Part shown: piece after piece, positions 1 to 6,265 of the stretch
How positions within the stretch are numbered: the stretch's first letter is position 1
How the letters are laid out: each line of letters opens with the position of its first letter
From: Hadesarchaea archaeon
GTDB taxonomy: Archaea > Hadarchaeota > Hadarchaeia > Hadarchaeales > WYZ-LMO6
Direction of reading: 5' to 3'
Length of the DNA stretch: 27,024 nucleotides
NCBI GenBank assembly: GCA_029259185.1
Contig: JAPDJF010000044.1
Location: forward strand, 1 to 27,024
Program-made: the position numbers and the translations under genes
Notes under the pieces: generated by a model
What the model was told of the DNA's origin: nothing
Seen by the model: only the letters and a program-made list of their open reading frames with translations
Database searches by the model: none

Positions 1-924
1 ATTCCCGCTCCAAATGTGAGTTCAGCTCAGCTTAGGTTCGCAGTACCGAGGGATTGGATTGAACTCAACAACATCGATGAGAAAACGATCAGAGTGTTTA
101 GATGGTCTGCTGGTCGGTGGGGAGAGCTACCTACAGAGTTTGTCTCGGAGGACTCTGACTACATGTACTTTGCGACGACAGCACAAAGTCTTTCGCTCTT
201 TGCGATAGGGGGAGAGCAGAAAGAAGAACTTCCATCACCGATTTTCCCAACTCCGTTCTTCCCAGTACCAACTTACTTCATGTTGATCTTAGCTTTCGGG
301 GTTTTAGGCGGTGTTGGATTCGTAGCCTATCTCCGATGGTTCCGACCCATCCCGCCCTTCATACCCATCAATCGCTTAGCAGCTCTAAGACCTAGGATCT
401 CCCTGCCACGTTTGGTGCCATCAGTTCCGATCCCATCGCTAGAAAAACTAGAACCAGCCCCGTTCACGCCGGTTCCAGACATGCCGGAGGGTCCTGTAGA
501 GCCTGTGCCCATATCCTTCCGTCCACGGATGGAGAAGGCCGTTCCTCCAATCTTTGGGATGGAACCATCAGAGATCCTGCGCAGTTTGAAACGTCCTCCG
601 CGTCCACCTGAGCCTAAAATTTCTCTGAGCCATTTGAGACGGGTGTTTGAGCCCGTGGAGCCATTGGTCTCGCTTGACGGCCTTAAACGTGCTGCACGTA
701 GGGTTGAGCCATTCATCCCTGTGCGAAGTTTGATGTGGGTTGGGGAGCGTCCGAGACCTTCGCCCCCATCTAAACCTCTTAGACGAAGGGGCAAGCCTAT
801 CAAGCCGGCAGTCCCAATCGAAAAGCTTTCAGTCGCTGGGAAAAAGGTATCTGTGGAGGAGAGAAAGAGAGAAGACTTCACAGATTTCTTGAAACGTTTG
901 GAGCGGAAGGTAATGGAAGAGTAG
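1..924 (+). CDS. 5'-truncated PGF-pre-PGF domain cell-surface protein with one TM helix and a Pro-rich cytoplasmic tail
   Basis: Frame is open from base 1. The segment LRFAVPRDWIELNNIDEKTIRVFRW..GRWGELPTEFVSEDSDYMYF....SLSLFAIGG matches the C-terminal half of the PGF-pre-PGF domain. It is followed by a hydrophobic helix (YFMLILAFGVLGGVGFVAYL) and a basic, Pro-rich tail. Confidence 0.8.
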   Translation: MPAPNVSSAQLRFAVPRDWIELNNIDEKTIRVFRWSAGRWGELPTEFVSEDSDYMYFATTAQSLSLFAIGGEQKEELPSPIFPTPFFPVPTYFMLILAFGVLGGVGFVAYLRWFRPIPPFIPINRLAALRPRISLPRLVPSVPIPSLEKLEPAPFTPVPDMPEGPVEPVPISFRPRMEKAVPPIFGMEPSEILRSLKRPPRPPEPKISLSHLRRVFEPVEPLVSLDGLKRAARRVEPFIPVRSLMWVGERPRPSPPSKPLRRRGKPIKPAVPIEKLSVAGKKVSVEERKREDFTDFLKRLERKVMEE

Positions 925-1045
925 TTCTGAGTTGCACATCTTGTGTATTTTTTTAGGTATCACCATCACCTTTTTAAATATGGGTTTCGTTACCCAAAAA
1001 TATGGGCCGGGAGGAGGAAAGCGGGGGGAACTCTGGAGAATTGAA

Positions 1046-1810
1046 ATGAAAAAGAAGGGTGTAGTGCTGGGAACATTTTCTGCCAAAGGTGGAGTGGGAA
1101 AAACCACCACCGTCGCGAATCTGGGGGCGTCTATCGCTCAAAAACTTAGAAATCGCGTCATCGTGGTCGAAACGAACATGACTGCTTCTAACTTAGGGCT
1201 TCACCTAGGTATCCTCGATCCTCCTGTGGTCATCCAAGATGTCATTTTCGGGAAAAATAAGATTGAGGAAGCTATCTTAACCACCGAATACGGTTTACAT
1301 ATAGTTGCTGGTACGGTAGCCTTCACCGAGGAGCTGGGTTCAATAAACCTTATGCCTATTTTGGATTTGTTAAGAAAGAGGTACGATCTAATCATTCTCG
1401 ACTCCGCTCCTGGATTTGCTTTGGAAGTTATAGCTTCGATGAGGTGTGTTGATGAGTTACTAGTGGTGTGTCAGCTTCAAGTTCCGGCAATAGCGGGAAC
1501 CCTCCAAAGTTTCAGATTCGCGGAGAAATACAAAGTTCCTGTTCTAGGAGTGGTGATGACCCAAGTTATGGGCAAGAGGTTCGAGATCCCATTATCCGAA
1601 GTTAGGAAGACGTTGAAATGGCCCATTTTGGCGGTTATTCCAGAGGATGACATGGTCAAAGAGAGTATAACACGTGGAATACCCGTGGTATTGTATGCTC
1701 CTGAATCTAGCGCTGCGGTGGAATATAGGAAGCTGGCTCAGTTAGTGTTGAATCACCTGAAGATACGTAAGAAGAGGGGAAAAGCTAGAACCCGAGGCAG
1801 GAAGAGATGA
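1046..1810 (+). CDS. minD: MinD/ParA-family ATPase
   Basis: Deviant Walker A AKGGVGKTT, IILDSAPG switch motif and IPED..V.ESI..G.PVV..AP.S.AA..Y..LA C-terminal signature. ATG at 1046 is preceded by GGAGA; the 932 start adds a non-homologous extension. Confidence 0.88.
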   Translation: MKKKGVVLGTFSAKGGVGKTTTVANLGASIAQKLRNRVIVVETNMTASNLGLHLGILDPPVVIQDVIFGKNKIEEAILTTEYGLHIVAGTVAFTEELGSINLMPILDLLRKRYDLIILDSAPGFALEVIASMRCVDELLVVCQLQVPAIAGTLQSFRFAEKYKVPVLGVVMTQVMGKRFEIPLSEVRKTLKWPILAVIPEDDMVKESITRGIPVVLYAPESSAAVEYRKLAQLVLNHLKIRKKRGKARTRGRKR

Positions 1811-3015
1811 CGATCTACGCGTTTTTTTGTCTGGCCTCCTTTTTCATCGCTTTGATTTCAGGGATTTACGTACTCTCCAAAAATCCAAAACGTCATTTAA
1901 ATATGCTCTTCGCTTGGTTCGTGTTCATTTACTCCGCTTATGTTCTAGCTAATTTCTTTGAATGGACCTCTCCGAATGAAAACGTGGCTCTCATGTGGTC
2001 AAAAGTACGTCTTGTCATGATGTTTTTCGATCTCCCGGCTCTCCTTCATCTTATTCTTTTTTTCCCAGAGGAGTCTCCTGCCATCAGAAGAAGACCGTAC
2101 CTTCCAGTCTTCCTTTACATCCCCGCCTTCATAATGTCCCCAATTTCTTCTGCCACGAATTTTTTCTTCGAGGGGGTACGGGAGTATCCTTGGGGTTTTT
2201 ACGAAGGTGCACCTGGTCCTGGTCTCTTCGTGTGGGCACTTTACTTTTTCGTGTTCGTGGGTTACGGAGTTTTTTACTTGTTCAAGTTGCGCATCAAGGC
2301 TTCCGGGATAATGCTCAAACAGGTAAATCTATTCATCGCGGCGATCCTTTTGCCTGCCACCGCCAGCGTAGCTACATACATGGTTCCCTCTGGACTAGGT
2401 AGTTATGCCATTCCTCCCCTAACCCCATATTTCATATCGATTGGAATTCTGTTGATAGACTCCGCCATTCTTAAGTATCAAATGCTCGTTATTCCACCAA
2501 TTTCGAGGTTATATATCCCACTTCCTGAAGAGAGTAGATCGGATAAGCCGAAATATAAGATGCAGCCTGGATATAGCTATGCGTTTGAGGAAAAGGAGCC
2601 AAAGCGTGGAGTAGAAATGTTTTTAGATGCGGTTTTCCACGGGATTCCCGGAATATGGATAACCTCCAGCCTCCCTTATAAAATCGAAAGGAAATACGGT
2701 CTCTCTAGGACACCAATAGTGGCGATGATCTCCGAGCGAATAAGGGGGGAAATAACCGTGAAACCCTCCGACCTAGGGTATGCGAAGAGCATAGTTTCCC
2801 ACTACCTCTCCCGTACTAGAGGGCACGCGGCGGTGCTCGTTGATTGTTTCTACGAGCTACTCGTGGCCAACGGATTCAAAAGGGCTTTGGGCTTTGTTGG
2901 AGCCCTGAGGAGGAAGTGTGTGGAAAAGGGAGCGTCTCTGATCGTAACCTTTGACCCCGAGAAGTTGACACGTGAATGTGTGAGAGAACTCAGGAGTACA
3001 CTTCGGGGTAATTGA
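1807..3015 (+). CDS. Membrane protein with N-terminal 7TM sensor-like domain (HisKA_7TM-like) and C-terminal DUF835-like domain
   Basis: About 7 hydrophobic segments in the first ~225 aa. The C-terminal GIWITS..P...AVLVDCFYELLVANGF..AL.F...LR.......ASLIV..DP pattern is typical of DUF835. ATGA overlap with the minD stop. Confidence 0.72.
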   Translation: MTIYAFFCLASFFIALISGIYVLSKNPKRHLNMLFAWFVFIYSAYVLANFFEWTSPNENVALMWSKVRLVMMFFDLPALLHLILFFPEESPAIRRRPYLPVFLYIPAFIMSPISSATNFFFEGVREYPWGFYEGAPGPGLFVWALYFFVFVGYGVFYLFKLRIKASGIMLKQVNLFIAAILLPATASVATYMVPSGLGSYAIPPLTPYFISIGILLIDSAILKYQMLVIPPISRLYIPLPEESRSDKPKYKMQPGYSYAFEEKEPKRGVEMFLDAVFHGIPGIWITSSLPYKIERKYGLSRTPIVAMISERIRGEITVKPSDLGYAKSIVSHYLSRTRGHAAVLVDCFYELLVANGFKRALGFVGALRRKCVEKGASLIVTFDPEKLTRECVRELRSTLRGN

Positions 3016-3040
3016 GCAGTGTTCTTCAAAGAGAAATAGG

Positions 3041-3724
3041 ATGAAGTCTAATGATCAGCGGATGATCGACCTTATTTCGTTTGATTTGGATGGAACACTT
3101 GTGGATAAAAGTTTTGCTGTCGAGGTCTGGCTAGAGGAGATACCTCGAATATATGCTGAGAAGTGGAAAATACCCTTCGAAGAGGCCAGAAACGTCATCA
3201 AGAGGGAATACGACTCAGTTGGGGATGGCAAATTGGAGTGGTATGATCTGGGCTATTGGTTGAGGAGATTCGATCTCAGGGTGAAGTTCAGAGAGCTCTT
3301 TGAGAGGTGTAAACCCGCCATAAGAACCTATCCCGAGGTTCCAGAAACATTAAAGGATTTGAAAGGGGAGGGATTTAGGCTTGTGGTCCTCACCAATGCT
3401 CCTAGGGAGTTCGCACTCTTCCAGCTCGAAGCGACGGGGATAAAAAAGTATTTTGATCGAATTTTCTCGTCTTTCTCAGATTTCGGAAAAGTGAAAAGGT
3501 CGAAGGAAACCTATTCGCGCGTTCTTGAGATATGTGGAGTTTCCATTCCCCAGGCGGTTCATGTTGGCGACCATTTCGAGCATGATTACTTGGTACCTAG
3601 GGAGTTAGGGATGTTGGCGTTTTACTTGGACAGGAGTGGTAAAACACATGGAAGATTCATACTTCGGGATTTGAGCGAGTTAAAGGGAAGGATTTTCGAG
3701 GAGGTGGGTAATAACAGTTGTTGA
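3041..3724 (+). CDS. HAD-superfamily hydrolase (subfamily IA)
   Basis: Motif I FDLDGTL, motif II LTN, motif IV HVGDHFEHD. The start may be ATG 3062. Confidence 0.9.
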   Translation: MKSNDQRMIDLISFDLDGTLVDKSFAVEVWLEEIPRIYAEKWKIPFEEARNVIKREYDSVGDGKLEWYDLGYWLRRFDLRVKFRELFERCKPAIRTYPEVPETLKDLKGEGFRLVVLTNAPREFALFQLEATGIKKYFDRIFSSFSDFGKVKRSKETYSRVLEICGVSIPQAVHVGDHFEHDYLVPRELGMLAFYLDRSGKTHGRFILRDLSELKGRIFEEVGNNSC

Positions 3725-3743
3725 TATCTTCACAAATACAAAT

Positions 3744-4046
3744 TTGATGGCACTAATGAGGATGAAAGAGGCCTCAAAGTACACGGGTTTGCACCCCCAC
3801 ACCCTGCGGAAGTACATCGACCAGGGCGTGATAAAGGGGGTAAGGCTTGGGAAGCACCGGCTGGCAAGGTTTGAATTCGAGTATCTGAGGGAAGCTTTCG
3901 CTTCCTATGGAGTGGGTATCCGAGTCGTGGAAGAAAACGAAAGCCCGAAGAACTCGTCGAGGATCTTCATTTTCGGCGGCTCTACGGAAGCGTGGGGCAA
4001 AAAGAATCGTGAAGGCGATAAAGGAGGAGTACCATGTCTAAGATAA
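3744..4046 (+). pseudogene. tnpA: IS607 serine transposase TnpA, internally deleted and frameshifted
   Basis: The MerR-like HTH (KEASKYTGLHPHTLRKY...IKGVRLGKHR) is fused directly to RLARFEFEYL, so the catalytic YARVS domain is absent. The ELVEDL, RLYG and KRIVKAIKEE motifs lie in shifted frames. Confidence 0.85.
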
Positions 4047-4374
4047 CAATCCCCGGCGCGCTTGTGCGCATCGATCCACGAGACGAGGTTCGCTTGGAAG
4101 AACTCTACCGCCGCTTCGGCAACGCTAGGCGGCGAGCGTACGTGCTCAAGCAGCGGGGTGTCGAAAAAGCCGAGATCGAGTGGATTTTACAGATACAGAT
4201 GAAACTCAACTCCCGCTACGCAAAAGATGCCCACCGACGCTTAGGATGGAGGGTAAGATCCTGCGTGACGTCGTGCTGGTGCTGAATAAAGGCAATGAAA
4301 GCCCGAAGCGGGGGCTAAGTGCGGGAAGCGGGCTTACCGCCCCCCGCTCAAGGCCCCCCTCTGAGCGGCGATGA
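4034..4374 (+). pseudogene. tnpB: TnpB remnant (N-terminus plus extreme C-terminus; RuvC core deleted)
   Basis: The N-terminal L.EL.RRFGNARRRAY...LNSRYAKDA is typical of IS607-associated TnpB and then breaks abruptly. No RuvC motifs are present. Confidence 0.72.
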
Positions 4375-4578
4375 GGTTGCGGTTCGTTGCAACGGAGGCT
4401 ACTTGGAATCCCTGACATCCGGGGCTTCCCTTTCGCGGGGAGCTTGAAAACCGACCTACCATGTATTCGGGTGGAGATATGTTAGGTTTTGGTGACAAGG
4501 GGGATCGAACTGGTTGAGTACTCACGAAGTGTCCGTTTGGACCGAAAATCCTATTGTTTGGGACGATATGAGTAGAAA

Positions 4579-4854
4579 ATGATGAGGGTGAGAGCACACG
4601 TTTACGTGAGGGGAAGGGTCCAAGGAGTCTTCTTCAGGTATGAAACGAGAGAGCTGGCTAGGAAGCTTGGGATCCAAGGGTGGGTTCGCAATTTACCGGA
4701 CGGAAGGGTAGAGGCGGTGTTCGAGGGTGAGAAGAAAATGGTTGAGGAGATCATAAAGTTTTGTCAGCATGGCCCTCCAGGGGCGCATGTGGAGGGGGTG
4801 GATGTGAGGTGGGAAGAACCGGAGGGGGAGCCAGACTTCTACATAAGGTGGTGA
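4579..4854 (+). CDS. acyP: Acylphosphatase
   Basis: VRGRVQGVFFR and GWVRNLPDGRVE signatures, HGPPGAHV. Confidence 0.96.
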   Translation: MMRVRAHVYVRGRVQGVFFRYETRELARKLGIQGWVRNLPDGRVEAVFEGEKKMVEEIIKFCQHGPPGAHVEGVDVRWEEPEGEPDFYIRW

Positions 4855-4855
4855 G

Positions 4856-5314
4856 ATGAGCATCAAATCGCTCGCAGAGATAATGGAGGAAATGCGATTA
4901 AAGTATAGGAGACATCCAGAACTCAGAAAGAGTTGGCGGGTATTGGCCGGGAAGGATGAATACGGGTACCAAGATATATTCTTCTACGCACCCGATGTGG
5001 GGTTATGGCAAATCAAGGGGGAGATGCTCAATCCGTTTGAGCTGATGGGAGTTGGGACGAAGTTCCATGCGAGGAAAATAGACGACGAAATAAAAGAGAT
5101 AATGGAGAAAGGGGATCCTGTTCCCTTTGGTCTCGCGTCTTTTCATCCGAAGTCCAAAAACATGTTAGTCATAGCTACTGGAGTAGGTAGGTATCAGGAT
5201 ACCCTCAGCCATCTCGGGAATTTTCTTTCCACGTATCAGGATAGTGAGAGGGAACTCAGAAAAAAGCTAAGTGAGATGAGGAGAAAATTGGGTATGGATA
5301 TGGCTTATCTCTAG
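4856..5314 (+). CDS. Conserved archaeal hypothetical protein
   Basis: 152-aa ORF starting 1 nt after the acyP stop, with GGTGA RBS and globular composition (WRVLAG.D...DIF, NPFEL.GVG..ARKIDDEI). Confidence 0.75.
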   Translation: MSIKSLAEIMEEMRLKYRRHPELRKSWRVLAGKDEYGYQDIFFYAPDVGLWQIKGEMLNPFELMGVGTKFHARKIDDEIKEIMEKGDPVPFGLASFHPKSKNMLVIATGVGRYQDTLSHLGNFLSTYQDSERELRKKLSEMRRKLGMDMAYL

Positions 5315-5820
5315 GGTTCTGAAAAACGGTAACAAATGAACCGTTTTTCTTGGGATTCATCACGCTCGGACCCCTCGAGAGTTCATCAGGGCTCCCAGCA
5401 CGCTTTTCCTCGCCAGAGCGAACCCACGATGCGATCGAGCTTTGCCTCGTGGGGAAGTCCCTCCATCTGAAGGGTACAGGTTCACGGCAACGTTGAGTTG
5501 CCGTGAGATGCTCCTTTCGGGGCTTTGTTTGCTTCCCCACACCTGGAGCAGCGCCTGGTTGAGTTGCGCGGGTTGAGCGGTATGCTTGTTTGATGGCGGA
5601 GTCAACGTAGTGCTTCGCGTAGCCCCAGCGTTCCATGAGCCTGTAGCGTAGCACGTGGTGTTTGAACTCCCTGGTTTTCGGCAGGATGGGAATGAGTCTC
5701 GTTGCGGTGTACCTGACCCCACGAATCTTTCGTTTCACTCGTGCGGGTCGCTCAACCCACCGAGCGCGTTGTCATACCTCGCCATCATCAATATACAAAT
5801 TCTGGAACTGTTGAGAAAGG
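5315..5820 (-). mobile_element. tnpB: Degenerate TnpB-encoding (IS607-like) element with multiple internal deletions; boundaries approximate
   Basis: Minus strand, across three frames: RLIPILPKTREFK..LR..LMERWGYAKHYVDSAIKQAY (TnpB/Cas12f-like N-terminus), LNPRNSTRRCSRCG (Zn-finger half) and RQLNVAVNLY/LQMEG (RuvC-III region). Subterminal 10-bp inverted repeat at 5321-5330/5340-5349. Confidence 0.78.
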
Positions 5821-5910
5821 CGGAGGAACGATAACTCATTTGAGTTTCAGGAGATTAACTCCACCGCCGGGAAGTCCCTTCCGCAAGGGAGGGATGAGAG
5901 GTGGAACGCA

Positions 5911-5918
5911 TATATAGT
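5911..5918 (+). promoter_or_regulatory. Putative TATA box of the element's internal promoter
   Basis: TATATAGT lies about 25-29 nt upstream of GTG/ATG 5937/5940, with a purine-rich BRE-like sequence just upstream. Confidence 0.55.
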
Positions 5919-5939
5919 AGTTTGTAGTAACCTATTGTG

Positions 5940-6074
5940 ATGACGAAATACACCATCACGGTTGAAGATAGGTTGTGGGAGGAATTCAAGCGGACCATAA
6001 CGAAGGACAAGACCATCAATGAAGCAATAGTGGAGCTGATAAAGAAAAAAGTGGAGAGGCAGGGGCGTGCTTAG
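5940..6074 (+). CDS. 44-aa ribbon-helix-helix-like protein (absent from the ORF track)
   Basis: My translation is MTKYTITVEDRLWEEFKRTITKDKTINEAIVELIKKKVERQGRA: an alternating beta-strand followed by two amphipathic helices. Its stop overlaps the tnpB start. Confidence 0.7.
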   Translation: MTKYTITVEDRLWEEFKRTITKDKTINEAIVELIKKKVERQGRA

Positions 6075-6258
6075 CCACAGGTTCCGCCTGTATCCTTCAA
6101 AGACAGCCGAGCGCGCTCTGAATCGACACATGGAGCTGGGACGGCCCGAGCGAACGCCTGTGGAGATGGGGCCTCTACCCCGCGTTCCGGCGCAAGCCGT
6201 GGTCGCTGGGCATGTCCCGTCGCTGAGGCAGGAAGCCCCCTGCGAGAGCTGGGGGTAG
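6067..6258 (+). pseudogene. tnpB: TnpB remnant: first ~24 codons fused in frame to the C-terminal tail
   Basis: SHRFRLYPSK...AL (TnpB N-terminal HTH motif) is joined to G.PE.TPVE......SL.QEAP (typical TnpB tail overlapping the omegaRNA). Confidence 0.85.
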
Positions 6259-6263
6259 TTCAC
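6138..6263 (+). ncRNA. Putative TnpB omegaRNA (reRNA) scaffold; the guide would be the flank from 6264
   Basis: GGG-ACGG-CCC hairpin; CCTG/CAGG and GATGGGGC(6165-6172)/GTCCCGTC(6214-6221) stems; CGGC-GCAA-GCCG tetraloop; terminal hairpin; potential GAAC/GTTC pseudoknot with the 3' end. Confidence 0.65.
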
Positions 6264-6265
6264 TG

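Larger units (their letters stand above)
3709..4500 (+). mobile_element. Degenerate IS607-family element (tnpA + tnpB remnants, structured right end); boundaries approximate
   Basis: IS607-type TnpA and TnpB fragments in tandem, several hairpins at 4340-4495, and GG dinucleotides at the plausible ends (3707-3708, 4499-4500). Confidence 0.7.
5859..6263 (+). mobile_element. Non-autonomous IS200/IS605-family (IS1341-like) miniature element, 405 bp
   Basis: Left-end hairpin TCCCTTCC-GCAA-GGGAGGGA (5875-5894) after TTAA. Right end GAAG-CCCCC..GGGGG-TAGTTCAC ends at 6263. Contains a small RHH-like gene and a deleted tnpB. Confidence 0.85.

Noticed and set aside
932-1045. N-terminal extension of MinD, and likewise CitG 26127-26198
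   Set aside because: The extension is non-homologous and spans promoter-like sequence, and the downstream ATGs have RBS motifs.
4034-6258. Short TnpB-like ORFs as functional miniature nucleases
   Set aside because: All lack the RuvC-I/II catalytic regions and two are frameshifted, so they are deletion remnants.
5847-6263. 138-aa minus-strand ORF, and similarly 26155-26424
   Set aside because: These are antisense readings of GC-rich transposon ends and RNA scaffold with no protein-like features.
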